Shown: positions 12,893-27,314 of the stretch, piece after piece
Position numbering within the stretch: the first letter of the stretch is position 1
Layout of the letters: each line of letters starts with the position of its first letter
NCBI GenBank assembly: GCA_951406725.2
Contig: OX597816.1
Coordinates: 141,856,001 to 141,920,000, forward strand
DNA: 64,000 nucleotides
Source: Octopus vulgaris
Lineage: Eukaryota
Direction: 5' to 3'
Program-made: the position numbers and the translations under genes
The notes under the pieces: generated by a model
The model's database searches: none
What the model saw: the letters and a program-made list of their open reading frames with translations, nothing else
What the model was told of the DNA's origin: nothing

Positions 12893-13130
12893 TGAGGAGG
12901 CACATGGCTTACTGGTTAGGAAGTTGGACTCATGATCATAAGGTTGTGGTTTCAATTCCTGGACTGGGCAACAAGTTGTGTTCTTGATCAAAACACTTCA
13001 TTTCATGTTACTCCAGTCCACTCAGCTGGCAAAAATGAGTAACCCTGCCGATGAAGCAGTGTCATGTCCACATGGAGAATATATACACCGGGAAATCAGC
13101 CCTATGAGTCTATGACTCGGGAAGGAGCTT
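12893..13130 (+). mobile_element. tRNA-derived SINE family B
   Basis: GAGGCACATGGCTTA.TGGTTAG...GGTTTCAATTCC...CTTGA.CAAAACACTT. Paralogues at 47357-47605 (+) and 53385-53602 (-). Confidence 0.8.
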
Positions 13131-13145
13131 TACTTACTTTTTTTT

Positions 13146-13185
<40 letters not shown>

Positions 13186-13294
13186 TATATATGTGTATAT
13201 GTGTGTATGTGTATATTGTTACTCCCTTCCTGAAAGCATTTCCATTATGTCTGGTTCTGCTTCAAGAAATCACAAGCCAGGCATCCCTACCAAC

Positions 13295-16200
13295 TGAGAC
13301 AACCCCAGTAGTCTTGACATAAAACATTGTTTATTAATTGTCTATATTTTTATTCATCCAATCATATGATATGATTGATTCTATCATGGGGCGTTTTCCT
13401 ACTCCCACATCATTTATGTTTTAACTCGCACCTATTCATCCAATCTGGTGACACTTCATTGACTCTACCAGGTGATATTTTTTATACATTGAATCATTTT
13501 ATGGATCTATTCTTTTCCACTGAGCAAAACTTGTTTTTAGCACCATCCTATTGTGAACAATTGGAATTACAGTTTGCCATTTTACATTTCATTTAGGAAT
13601 TATTACAATATTTTTCAATCATTAATAAAATCATTATCCAAGCACAATATTATTATTTGTTCCTACATTATAACATTATTTGACATCAAGAATGAGATGG
13701 AATTTACTGCAGATCTCATTAATTTATTGTGCATGCAACAAGAATCCTTAGAAATGCAAAACACAACATGACAAGCTGCAATTGGATATTTTAACTGCTT
13801 TAGCTTCCAAGCTTATGCAGTCAAATACAGTTACATTGATTAACAATCAAAGAAGCATCACTTCAAAAGTTTTTGAATATGATGAACAAAATGAACTAAC
13901 TTTTGCATCTTGGTATAACTGTTATCAAGATCTTTTTGTCACTGAAGCATTGGAACTAGATGATTCAAGTAACCAAAGACTATTATTGTGAAAATTAGGC
14001 AGTATTGAATATAACAAGTATTTTAACTTTGTATTTCCCCAAACATCCTAATGAATTTGACTTTAAAATGATGGCAGACCAACTTGCAAAAATATTTGGT
14101 GAGACATCATTATTGTTTAACAGCAGATATAAATGTCTGAAATTAGAAAAATACCCCAAAGAAGATTTTAATGCATACACTGAATGTATAAGCAAAGAAT
14201 GTGAAAAATTTAATAAACTGACAATGACTAACAACATCATCATCATCATCATCATCATCATTTAGCGTCCGTTTTCCATGCTAGCATGGGTTGGACGGTT
14301 TAACTGGGGTCTGTGAAGCCGGAAGGCTTCATCAGGCCCAGTCAGATTTGGCAGTGTTTCTACGGCTGGATGCCCTTCCTAACGCCAACCACTCCACAGG
14401 TGCCAGACAGAGCTGGCACAACGGCCACGAACGGATGGTGCTTTTACGTGTCACTGGCACGGGGCCAGCCGAGGCTGGCAACGAACACGAGCGGATGGTG
14501 CTTTTACGTGCCACTGACACGGGGCCAGACAGAGCTGGCAAACGGCCACGAATGGACGGTGCTTCGATTTAAGAATCTAATTTTCATATTTGATCTGACA
14601 TCACCAAACTATGATGATATAAAACTCATGTCCTAACCAAACTGGATGCATCAGATAACATTACCTTACAACAATTAATGTGTGAATGTCAACAACTAGT
14701 TAATATTAAGCATGATATTCAAATGGTACAAAATTATATCCAAAATGAAATAGTTTCAACCTCTAATGCAGTTACTACAAAAAGACAAAGCTGGACTTCA
14801 TAAAATCCTAAACTGTTTTATGCATCTATGAGAACTTAGCAATGCTCTCCAACAGCATGTTGGAACTATGGTCAATGGCACCAAGCAAATTATTGTCCTT
14901 ACAAGAATGAAAAATGTCTTAAATGTCACAATTCTGAACATAGATATGATTATTGCTAATGTCCTGGTCATTCCAGTAACTGTAAAAACCATTGAATCAG
15001 ATCCAACCACAGAAAGTATTATTTCAAATGGAGTTTACACCACATTTAAAGGGAAAGTTACTGCAAAAGGGTAGTATTTTACTGTACAGATAGATGGATA
15101 TGATATATGCTTACAGCTTGACACTGCATCTGATATTACCATAATTTCTGAAGAAACAGGGCACAAAATTGGTAAACTTGCCATTTTATCAACTGAACAA
15201 AAAGCCAAGGTTGCTTCCAACAAACCATTGATTATCAAAGGTAAAGTATCATGTTTTTATTTACTCAAACACTCAACTTCCATTCATTCAGGATTTTACC
15301 ATATTACTGAGAATCCTTATCTGGATGTCTTCAGAATAGAATGGATTAAGAAACTTGGATTATGGATTATACCACTAAGTAACACATGCCCTTTTAAATA
15401 GGACTGGCATTATTGATGTTGAACATATTACACACACTAGCCATAATGGAAAATTCCAGCAAGAATTTAAATCAATTTTTGAAGTTGGCTTAGGATTATG
15501 CCCAAAATTTACTGCATTTTTATATCTTAAACTCAATGCCAGATCTGTTTTCAAACCAAAATGCCCAGTACGTTATGCCTTGTCATCGTTAGTTGAAAAT
15601 GTCACATGATAGAATCATGTAACATGATCAGATGATTAAAAATAGACCATTAATAAACAGTATTTTGTGTCGAGACAGCTGGAATTGTCTCATCTCCCCT
15701 TTTATGAAAGATGAATTTTATGAAAGATGAATATGAAAATGTTTTATTTTGAGAGTTTACCTGTATGTGCTCAGCAGGTTTTCTATTTCAACTGGATCTT
15801 CTTAAATTTGATGAAGTGGTTTCTAATTGAGTTTGAATATCTTGAAAACAAGCTGTGTAGATTAGAAAATTTGAATGTAATATCAAAAGTGAATTATTCA
15901 TCATGTGCAGCATCCATTGTTTTGGTTAACAAAAAAAAGCAAATGGCTCTATGGCTCTATAGGTTTATGTGCTAATTTCTCTATGGGACTTATTGATTCA
16001 TTAGAGCTACATTGTTATTCACTACCTGTTCTGAAAGACTTATTTACAAAATTAAATGGGGGGAAATGGTTTTCTAAGAGTGACTTAGCAGAAGTATATT
16101 TACGAATAGCTGTAAATGATGCATCAAAAGAATTCCTAACTATAAAATTTCCTCATGGCTAAAGTCTGTTCCAAGGATTTTTCAACAGCAAACACTTGCA

Positions 16201-18023
16201 GATTTTTCACACACCTTTGTGTACCTCGATGACATTACTGTTGTATCATCAACTGAAGCTGAGTATAAAAGAACATTTAAGGAATTTTTTTTAATGAATT
16301 ATTTGTTAGCAATGCAAAATAGGACTGGTCTCCACAATGTCAAGAATTCAACTTTATCCTTTGCTTATGCAGACAGTCTTTCATGCTTAATAACCAAATA
16401 CCCAGCAATGACTGATGTCATAATTACTAATACAAATACTGAAGCTGAGGTCTGCCAAGTGCTAATGGATTCAATCAAATTTTTACCTGTTACTTTAGAG
16501 ATGGTAAAACAAGAAACATTAAATGAACTTGTTCTACAAGAAGTTATTAAATATTATAGATATGGTTGCCCAGAAAAAGTCTGTGATAAAGATATGAAAC
16601 CATTCTATATGAAATGTGATTATCTATCAGTTGTTAATGACTGTTTAATGATGGCTAATCTTACTCTTATTCAAAACTGTCTTAAAAAGTTGGTACTTAA
16701 CCAATTTCGTGCACACCATCCAGGAATTTCAAGAATGAAGACTTTAGCAAGAAGCTACATTTATTGGCCGGTACTTGACAAAGATATTGAGTCCCTTGTG
16801 CAAGCGTGTTCAAAATGTGCAAAAGCCTCAAAATTACCTATTCAGATAAGCATTCCTTGGTCAAATCCATAAGTGCAATGGTCTAGAGTACACATAGACT
16901 TTTCAGGACCTCATAATAGTAGTACTTTTTAATCATGGTTGACACATTATTTAAAGGACTGGAGAGCTTCATTATGAGCCAAATAATAATTTCATCCACA
17001 ATATAAAAGTTTTTTCAAGATCTGGGTAACCAAAAGTCTTAATATTGGATAATGGTCCACAATTCACTTCTTTAGCATTCACAATCTTTTGTAAGAAAAA
17101 TGGTTTCAATAACATAAGAACTCCTCAATATAATCCTCAATAAAATGGCTTAGCAGAGAGATTCACATATATCCTTAAGCATTCATTACTCAGAATTGAG
17201 GGGAGTGGCAAGCTAGAAGAAAACTTGCAACTGTTTTTAATGAAGTACAGAATAACACTGAATTCTGCTGTGCCTGGGGACATGTCACCTGCAGAAATAA
17301 TGTATCAGAGAAAAATTCAGTGTCTTTGATTTGATGAAACCTAGAAATGCAAAACATTCACCTAAAATAACTAATATACCAAAGAACAGGTTGGGAGATC
17401 TGGTATATGTACTTGATACTCAACTAGGTCACTCCAAGTGACCTTCATCTTGGTGTGGCATGTTAACTTGTTAAGATGGAGGAGAGAGCAGTCAAAGCCA
17501 CTATTTATGAATCAAGATCAAGGAAATACAATAATTCAAGATATTCAAACTTAATTAGAAACCACTTCAACAAATCTAAGAAGATCCAGTTCAAATAGAA
17601 AACCTGCTGCAGACTAAAAGGTAAACTCTCAAAATAAAACTTATTCATATATCAACAAGTCATCTTTTGTTGTCTCAACACAATCATTGCTTATTAATTG
17701 TCTATTTTTATTCATCCAATCATGTAACGCAATTCTATCATGTGACATTTTCCTATTCTCATGTTGTTTATCATGTAGCTTGCACCTATTCATCCAATCA
17801 AGTAACACTTTATTGACATTTTTCAGGTGACATTTTTTATAGATTGACTCATTTTCCACCACACAGCACTAGTTTTTAGTAGTCTTGTTTACTTTTTATT
17901 GTGGATAATTGGAGTTACAGTTTACAATTTTACACTTTATTTTGGAATTATTGCAATATTTTCCATTCATTAATAAAATCATTATCTGAGCACAACGTCA
18001 TTATTCATTTCTATGATATAACA
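13295..18023 (+). mobile_element. Decayed Gypsy (Mag-like) LTR retrotransposon; 5' LTR 13295-13675, 3' LTR ~17670-18023
   Basis: Homologous LTRs (TGAGACAA...ATAACA); gag CCHC remnants at ~14855-14955; protease QLDTASDITIIS at ~15114; RT YLDDI at ~16222; integrase HHPGISRMK..YWP..C..C, WSRVHIDFSGP and DNGPQFTS. Order is PR-RT-IN. Confidence 0.9.
14231..14565 (-). mobile_element. RTE 3'-UTR-only insertion (three ~61-bp minisatellite units plus (ATG)n tail) inside Gypsy gag
   Basis: Near-identical to the 3' end of the RTE at 56285-56640. Confidence 0.9.
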
Positions 18024-19835
18024 TTATTACCATCAAAATAGCTTATGTGTGTATTCAACTTAATTATTAATTAGTTTATACAAAAAAAAAACATACCTAT
18101 TTTCAAATTTTTCAGTGCATTAAGCAAACCAAAATAAATACACTCTTTTATCTTGTCCTGTTAAAACTTCTAATTTCACTGGTTGCAAGTTGATAAGCTG
18201 CTTTGGTATATTGGTTATTGCAGTTATCCAGCACATAACAGATACATGGTTTGATTCCTGTAAATGATTCTGCCCACTTTTTTTATCATTGAGAGATATT
18301 TTACCTATTATATATGCACAGCTCCATTTGCCCTGCAGCACTTCCACAAATGCCCTCTATAATTAGAGTCCAGTACTTCTTTATGCAGCTGTCCTCGTTG
18401 ATATGCATCAGGACACCTGCATAAAGAAGTGCCAAGCTCTAATAGTGAAGGGTACCTGTGGAAGGAGTAGACCCAGGAAGACATGGGGCCTGTGGAAAAA
18501 AATGCATGAAGTTGATGGGGGTGTCAGGAATGATGGATGTGAATTCTAAAGCAGGGTGGAAAGAGTTAACAAAAGAGATAAAGGAAGATCATGAAGATGA
18601 TAGTAGGTGCCAATACAGTCACCCATATAATAACACCCAGTTTGCTAGTACAAACAGAGAGAAACTGCTTTAGTAGTGGAAGAAAAAAGACAAAAGGAAG
18701 ACGTATAGTGTTTTAGAGAATGTTGCATGTTGGTTAGAGAAGGTTCACTCATCTGGAGGCAGTAGTATTTTTGTCTAACATTTGTAGCAATTGCATCCTC
18801 GTATGTGAGTGATGTGTGTAACATGTGTATGTGTGGTGTGTGTATGTGTGCATGTGTGTGTCCATGTGTGTGCATGTGTGTGTGTGTGTGTACTATATGC
18901 TATGAGATATATTATATCATGAATTTAGGTAAGAAATATATAGACAATACTTTAGAGGGATGAAAACATCTCAAATTCTATAGAAAAAAAAAATAAGGAG
19001 AAAGTGGTAAATGTATGCGTGGCTGCTTAATTGCAGATTTTTCTGGAATGTATTTTGTTTCATGTTTCAAAATGTCCAGGAACATAATTGGCACTGATTT
19101 AGCTGATGTTCAGTTGCTTTGTGCTAAGGAATAATATAAAAATGAATGTATTTACAGCTGACTTCAGTCAGTTAACAACTAGAAACATGCAGAAACTCAA
19201 AGTTGTCATGGAAACAGCTGAGATCAAATGTAACTGTATGTAACAAATGAATGATTAGAGAAAGGATTTGATAGTTTACACTCAGACACCCACTTGCTTT
19301 TATGCACATGTGCTTGTAATACATGTACATGTATATTCATCTATGTATATTTATGGACACTGATAAACACTTACAAACAAAACATTTATAATAATATTTA
19401 GGTGAAGGCATAGATGTGTATTAAAAAGCTCGCTTCTCCACTGCATGGTTCTAGGTTCAGTCCCACTGCATGGCATCTTGGACTAGAGTCTTCTACTATA
19501 GCCTCAGGTCAACCAAAGCCTTGTGAGTGGAATTGGTTGACAGAAACTAAAAGAAGCATATAGATACATGCATCCATATGCCATACTGATACCATGTAAA
19601 AAGCTTCCATGCCACCACCATGTTAATAGCACTTGTGCCACTGCCACATAAAAGCACCCATACTGGTGCCACATTTAAAAACATCCAGCTCACTCTGTAC
19701 AGTTGGAAAATGGACACATTAAATGGTGATGATGATGATGATTGTTGATGTTATAAGAATTTAGAAACTTCAAGATGAATGTGAAATGTTTCTTTGTTGG
19801 AACCTTGTAACTTAAAGCATATAAAGCTATAAATA

Positions 19836-21095
19836 CTGGGTCATCCCATAAATAATGCAGTTTTTTTAATTGTATGAACTAAAAATTGTAGGGGAATGGG
19901 ATTAACTACCTGCATCAACTAACTATAAAAGCAGGTAGTGATTTTACCTCGTACTTATTTTTAGTGCAAGTTTTGAAGAGTGCAGTTCGATTTTAACAGT
20001 TATTTTTTCAAAGCTATATTGGAAGTGTCAAAGGAACATATTTGGCATATTTTGCTTTATGAGCTCAATAAAGGCACAACACAATATTATTGCAGTATAT
20101 GGATATCGGACAATAAGCGTAAGCCAGTGACAGTGGTGGTTCTAAAAATTCCAAGCTGGAAACTACAGCCTAAAAGATGAGCCTTGTTCTGGAAGATCTG
20201 TAGATCTTGTTGAGGATGTCCTGTAAACCCTGGTGGAATGAAATCCCATTGTAGCTGTTGAGGAACTAGCAGAGAAGCTTGAATTTTATCACTCAACCAT
20301 TTATCGACACCTGCGTGCCATCAGAAAAGTCAGCAAATTGGGTCAGTGGGTTCCTCATAAACTTTCTGAGTCTAATCCTATGCAGAGAGTGAATGTGCTC
20401 TTCTTTGCTGTAACATCTCATGAATGAACCTTTTTGGACTGAATAGTGACTGGTGATGAGAAATGGGTTCTCTATAAAAATGTCAAGCCCCAAAGACAGT
20501 AGGTAGGGAAAGGAGAACCATTGCACCCTAGGCTAAAAAAAGGTCTTCACTCACGTAAGTGTTTGGTAGGATATGAAAGGTTTAGTCCACTTTGAACTTT
20601 TAAGCCCAACCCAAATGATAACAAAGGAGATCTACAGCAAGCAGCTTGAGTAGCTTAAGTCAGCGCTAGAAGGAAAACAAGCATCTTTGGTTTCAAGATG
20701 AAAGGTATTCTTCCATCAGGGTAATGCTCAGCCTCATACAGTGAGGATGACATTCCAGAGGCTGATGCAGTTTGAATAGGAAACGATGTCCCACTCACTA
20801 TATTTGCTGGACATTGCCCCATTTGATTATCATTTATTCCACAGTTTTCAAAATCATTTTTTGATGGAGAAAATATGAATTCTGTAGATGATGTCAGAAA
20901 GTACTGGAGGAGTATGAGTATTTTTTGTCATAGACGAGTGAATTTTGGAAGAGGGGCCTTGCAAGTCTACCAGATAGATGGAAGAGCATTGTAGAAAATG
21001 AAGGAGAGTATATTTTAGATTAAAAAAGAACTTTATCATAATTTTGTAAAATAAAAGCAGTATAAAAAAAACACATTATTTATGGGGCAACCTAA
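19836..21095 (+). mobile_element. Full-length decayed mariner (DD34D) transposon
   Basis: TA-flanked ~28-bp TIRs (CTGGGTCATCCCATAAATAATGC / CATTATTTATGGGGCAACCTAA). Transposase remnants GQWVPH, IVTGDEKWV, HQGNAQPH and DIAPFDYHLF. Length ~1.26 kb. Confidence 0.92.
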
Positions 21096-21649
21096 TAATA
21101 GTATATAAATATGGCATTAAAAAGCCTTTGGATAGAAAAAGTCAAAGGCCTGACTACTACAAGATTTCCAATAAACATAACAGAAAAACATATTCATATA
21201 CTCTGTGCTATTTTCATTCTGAGTTCAACTCCTGCTACAATAAGCTTTATATTTTATCCTTCTGGGATAAAAAATTAATGACAGTTAGGTAAAAAGGTTG
21301 ATTAAATTGGTTGTTCCCTCTTCCATAATTTGTGACCTATGTATGCTAAAGGCAGATATTTTCACTCAAAGGAGAATAGTCAGTTTATAAACCTTAGTCA
21401 GATTTCCCAGGTTGATGCAATATATTTTCAGAGAGCAAAGGAATGATAAGAGAAGAAAAGTAGGTGTAAGAAATGGATTTGTATGAAGACAGTACCCATT
21501 TTATTCGCTGAAAAGCAGGATACATGTCAGTATGCTAGTGGATGTAATGTGTTGGTTAGGAAAGGTTTATTTATCTGGTGGCTAGCTGTGTTTTTGGATA
21601 CCATCTAGGATATTTGTGGATGTAGCAACTGCAGCCTTTTATATATGAA

Positions 21650-22997
21650 CTAGCAAACACACCTGTCCTTTGGACAGTTTAAGTTGCTCTGGTAGTATTT
21701 TTTCACCAAATAATTGAACTACCAAGAAGATTTATGAGTAGCACAGCAATCTATGTTCCTGATTAACCTAGGTATGGAAAATCAAATTGAAGGCTGGTTA
21801 TTGCGGAGGTCGTTGCACTTTTAATGATCATAGAACATATAAGTTTGCAAGCCATGTAAAGTAGAGCTACTGAAGTGTTTTGGGAATAGATTACGGATAA
21901 TGACTACAAAATATAGTTGTTTTACATGAAAGCGAAATTTCTTGTCAGAACCAGCCATATAAATGGTGAAAGGAAATTGAAGGAAGAAGTTGAAACTTCC
22001 CCTCTGCGAGTTAATTTTTTTATTTTCAACAGCAAAGGGAGCTAACAAAAGCCCCTTTATTCTGTCTTCCCACATAGCCTGCGCATAAACTAACAGTGAA
22101 TGCTGTATAAAGTGAAATTGGTATAGAACTTTCTGAAAGACACATAGCTTTCGATAGTGGGAACAAAACTCTTATTTAAAGGTTGGTTCTTTGGGATGAA
22201 TCATATGTGATTGTTTAAAAAAGGCTAGAATGACAATGCTAAAACATATTTGAAACAATGGACAACAGTCGAAATATCACAATGGATTGATAAATAAGCA
22301 TCTTAAAAGTAAAACAAGGCATTGGTAGGTAAACAAATAGAAGAGAGGGAAGGGAGCATTACCTTTCAAGTAACTCGGAATAGGTAATGATAAGCTTGTC
22401 AAAGATTAATCCAGTTTAAATATAGAGATTAAAATTGTTTGGTATTGGATATTCATCACATACAGTGTTCCCAGGCAATTTAATCACTGTGGTAGGTATA
22501 CAGTCAAAATAAATAAATAGACAAAATCCTTTCACTTTTATAAAAAGATTTTAAAAGTATGGAACACCCTACATACAAAACAGCTATGTCCATTTATGTC
22601 TATTTACACGGGTGCTCTGGGCAAAATGTTTAGTGAATGACCATCCGTGGGACATAAGTAACGTGTGTGTATAAAGTTTGGTGAAAATCGGTTGAGAATT
22701 GTGGGAATGTGTGCGTTCAGTGTTTCTAGTCGCTGGTGGACAGAGGAAATAAATAAATAGATAAAATCATTTCACTTTTATAAAAAGATTAAACAAGTAT
22801 GGAACACCCTACATACAAAAAAGCTATGTCCATTTACGTCTGTTTATGTAAGAGCTCTAAGCAAAATGTTATAGTTCATGACTATCCTTGGGACATAAGT
22901 AATATGTTTGTAAAGTTTGGTGAAAATCAGTTGAGAATTGTAGAAATGTATGCATTAGTCATTATACACAGAGATACTGCGATTTATATATACTAGA
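21650..22997 (-). mobile_element. Non-autonomous Helitron
   Basis: Minus strand A|TC 5' end at 22997; 3' hairpin CTGTCC-AAA-GGACAG (21663-21677) shortly before CTAG|T at 21650. Internal ~240-bp direct repeat (22505-22740, 22745-22960). No RepHel motifs seen. Confidence 0.8.
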
Positions 22998-23594
22998 TGA
23001 TGTTGTGTGTAACAGATGTGTGCATGTATGTGTATGTACATGAATGCATATGTACATGTATATGTATGTGTGTGTGTATATGTGTGTGTGCGTGTGTATG
23101 TAGTCTACCTGAATCTGTCTGTATCTGTGCATATACTACTTGTTATGAGATATATTATGCCATTAACTTAGGTAAAAAATATATAGGCAATACTTTAGAG
23201 AGATAGAAGCATCTAAGACTTCAACAAAAAATAAAGGGTAGGTGGTGAGTATAAGAGTGCTGCTTAATTATGATCTGATAATGAATAATATAACCACCTC
23301 TCAGCTGTTCATAGCCAACAGTCAGTGAATACCTGTACAGTTATGGAATCTGTTTTTACTTCATCTTACTAAATTTATCTTTTGTCTGTTATTTATTTCA
23401 GTTCTTGGATTGTAGCCATGCTGGGGCATCACCTTGAAGGGTTTAGCCAAACAAACTGACACCAATACAAATATTTTTTTTCAGTCTAGTATTTATTCTA
23501 TTGGTCTGCTTTGCTGAACTGCTAAGTAACAGGGATGTAAACAAACCAAAACCAGTTGTCAAGTGACAAACACAAGGACACACATACATAGATA

Positions 23595-23658
<64 letters not shown>

Positions 23659-23720
23659 TATACAACCATGTATGAATTAATGTGTATATGCATGTATGTA
23701 TGAGCATGAAGATGGGAGTA

Positions 23721-24208
23721 GACTCAGGAAGATGTGAGACAAAGTTCTGAGGAAGGATCTAGAGATGTTGGGACTCAAATAGGGGATGACAGGGGACCAA
23801 GACTCCTGCCGGTTTGCTGTGCTTGAAAAGACATGTCAAGCTAAGTAAAAGCATGGTTGCTCTTGCATACTAGTTTGACCCCTGCATCCCTCTCCAGCTG
23901 TGCATTCATAATCTTGTGTGCACATGGGTGCTGGTGCCACTTAAAAAGCACTCATATGGTGCCATGTAAATGCACCCATGCCAGTGCCACCGAAAAGCAT
24001 CCAGTACACTCTGTAATGTGGTTGGCATTAGGAAGGGCATCCAGCCATAGAAACCGTGCCAAAACAGACATGTAACCTGGGCAGTAGAAACCAAGTCAAA
24101 ATCACTGGAGTCTCGTGCAGATCTCTGGCTTACCAGTTCCAGTCAAACCATCTAACCCGTGCCAGCATAGAAAATAGATGCTAAATTATGATGATGATGA
24201 TGATAATG

Positions 24209-24239
<31 letters not shown>

Positions 24240-25055
24240 TATGACAGGTATCTTTAGATTCTATCTCCCAAATCCTATCATAAGTTGGCTCAGGGCTATA
24301 GTAGAAGATACTTGCCCAGGGTAACATGCAGTGGGACTGAACCTAGAATCATGTGGTTGGGAAGTAAGCTTCTTACCACATAGCTGCAAAGAAAAGGAGA
24401 ATACAGAAATGAGAACAAGTGACTGAGAAAGGTAGAAAAGTAGATGAAAGCATTGACTATATCTAGAAATGGCTGAGAAGAAAACATTTAAAATGATTTG
24501 AAAGATAGAAGTAGAATGTGAAGGATATAATGTACTAAAAAGATTGACTTAAGATTGACTCAGGAAGATGTGAGACAAAGTTCTGAGGAAGGATCTAGAG
24601 ATGTTGGGACTCAAATAGGGGATGACAGGGGACCAAGACTCCTGAGAAAGATTGAGAAGTGGTGAAAGCATTGACAAGATATAAAAACATTGGGAGAAAA
24701 TATAACATGATTGAAAAGTAAAGAAACTGCATCCCTCTCCAGCTGTGCATTCATAATCTTGTGTGCACATGGGTGCTGGTGCCACTTAAAAAGCACTCAT
24801 ATGGTGCCATGTAAATGCACCCATGCCAGTGCCACCGAAAAGCATCCAGTACACTCTGTAATGTGGTTGGCATTAGGAAGGGCATCCAGCCATAGAAACC
24901 GTGCCAAAACAGACATTTGTAACCTGGGCAGTAGAAACCAAGTCAAAATCACTGGAGTCTCGTGCAGATCTCTGGCTTACCAGTTCCAGTCAAACCATCT
25001 AACCCGTGCCAGCATAGAAAATAGATGCTAAATTATGATGATGATGATGATAATG

Positions 25056-25086
<31 letters not shown>

Positions 25087-25291
25087 TATGACAGGTATCT
25101 TTAGATTCTATCTCCCAAATCCTATCATAAGTTGGCTCAGGGCTATAGTAGAAGATACTTGCCCAGGGTAACATGCAGTTCAGGGACTGAACCTAGAATC
25201 ATGTGGTTGGGAAGTAAGCTTCTTACCACATAGCTGCAAAGAAAAGGAGAATACAGAAATGAGAACAAGTGACTGAGAAAGGTAGAAAAGT
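23721..25291 (+). repeat. Near-identical tandem duplication of RTE tail + microsatellite + SINE head (23721-24441 vs 24557-25291)
   Basis: Near letter-for-letter match over ~650 bp, including microsatellite lengths. One ~75-80-bp internal block differs. Confidence 0.9.
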
Positions 25292-25605
25292 ATATATATA
25301 TACATATATATATATAATTGTCAATACCTTTTTTAATATTATTTTACTGTAAATCTCAGTAAGTTTTAAAAACATTTTGTAAGTATATATATATATAAGC
25401 ATGTGTATGTGTGTGTGTGTGTGTGACTGTGTGCATGTATGTGTGAATCTCCGTATGTTTGTATATGTGTGTGTGTGGATATAAGTATATAAATATATAT
25501 ATATTTGTTTGTATATATAAGTATATATATATGTGTATATATATATATATATATCATCACGATGATGATGATATATATATATATATACATATATATATAT
25601 GCATA

Positions 25606-25654
<49 letters not shown>

Positions 25655-26147
25655 TTATATATACATACATACATACATACATACATACATAGATACATAT
25701 ATATATATATATATACACACTTATACACACACTTACACATACCTATATATACTTATTAATTGTTTTTAAAAAGTACTAAGATGTACAGTAAAATAATAAT
25801 AATAATAAAAGGTATTGAAGATTACCAACAATTATTGAGAGTATTTAGAAATATAGTTAAAAGAGACTAAAAAATAGTGATAAAATCCTGTTATCAGGAA
25901 AAATATTTGTATTGTAAAAGTCAGAAAATGAATAAGAACTACCAAAAAAAAAAAAGTAAATTAAAATATAGAATATAAAAGATTGAAATTTCTGGGGAGG
26001 ATTAGGAAAAGCTGAAAAACCTGAAGAGAAGTGAAAGCAGCTGCAAACTTCAGAAAAAGTTTTAGGAAATTATAGAAATTCAATAGAATCACTGACAACA
26101 TACATAGTATTGTGTATGTGTTTCTGTTTGGAATATATATATATATA

Positions 26148-26696
26148 TCATCATCATCATCATCATCATTTAGCGTCCGCTTTCCATGCTAGCATGGGTT
26201 GGACGGGTCAACTGGGGTCTGTGAAGCTGGAAGGCTTCGTCAGGCCCAGTCAGATCTGGCAGTGTTTTTACGGCTGGATGCCCTTCCTAACGCCAACCAC
26301 TCCGCGAGTGTAGTGGGTGTTTTTTACGTGCCACCTGCACAGGTGCCAGACAGAGCTGGCGAACGGCCACGAACGGATGGTGCTTTTACGTGTCACCGGC
26401 ACGGGGCCAGGCGATACTGGCAACGGACACGAACGGATGGTGCTTTTACGTGCCACCGACACGGGGCCAGACAGAGCTGGCAAACGGCCACGAACGGACG
26501 GTGCTTTTACGTGTCACCGGCACAGGGGCCAGCCGAGGCTGGCAACGGACGCGAACGGATGGTGCTTTTACGTGCCACCGACACGGTTGCCAGACAGAGC
26601 TGGCAAACGGCCACGAACGGACGGTGCTTTTACGTGTCACCGGCACGGGGGCCAGCCGAGGCTGGCAACGGACACGAACGGATGGTGCTTTTACGT
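26148..26696 (-). mobile_element. RTE 3'-UTR-only insertion with six ~61-bp minisatellite units, flanked by (TA)n
   Basis: (CAT)n tail and UTR match 56285-56700. The units alternate between two hairpin variants. Confidence 0.9.
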
Positions 26697-26828
26697 ATAT
26701 ATATATATATATCAAAATACAACATATATATAATTGTACAATACCTTTCATTATATTATTTTAAACTGTAAATCTCAGTAAGTTTTAAAAACATTTTGTA
26801 AGCATATATATATATATGGAATGTGTGT

Positions 26829-27211
26829 ATTAAATTTATAATGTTCATTTTTATACTTATTCCATTTGCCAACATTACAAAGAGGGTAGGTATATAGACA
26901 GAAAGGTGAATTTCATCAGTAAGAACATGGTAGTAGATCTTTCCTCATGGGCAGATTTTTTATCACTGAGTTCACTTTGTTATTTAGATTTACCAATGGG
27001 GAAGGTTTTTTAATTTTATTTAATAAAACAACCCCTCCCCATTGGTAAATCTAAATAACAAAGTGAGCTCAGTGATAAAAAATCTGCCCACGAGAAAAGA
27101 TCTTCTACTACCATGTTCTTACTGATAAAATTCACCTCCTGTCTATATACCTACCCTCTTTGTAATGTTGGCAAATGGAATAAGTACAAAAATTAACATT
27201 ATAAATTTAAT
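26829..27211. repeat. Inverted repeat with ~190-bp arms and almost no spacer
   Basis: TTAAATTTATAATGTT...GATTTACCAATGGGG and CCCCATTGGTAAATC...AACATTATAAATTTAA are reverse complements. Centre at ~27020. Confidence 0.92.
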
Positions 27212-27226
27212 TTTAAAAATTCCATA

Positions 27227-27314
27227 TGTGGCTGAAGAGTGCTCTACATTATAAAACTGATGTAATACTTACATTGTTTAATTAAATGAAGTAGGATGAA
27301 ACGATTGTACTACA
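27227..27314 (+). ncRNA. Type I hammerhead ribozyme with long stem II
   Basis: tgtgg-CTGAAGA-[..ctac..atgtaa-tac-ttacat..gtag..]-GAAAC-gatt-GTA-ctaca. Stem I is tgtgg/ctaca; predicted cleavage after GUA at 27309. Confidence 0.7.
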
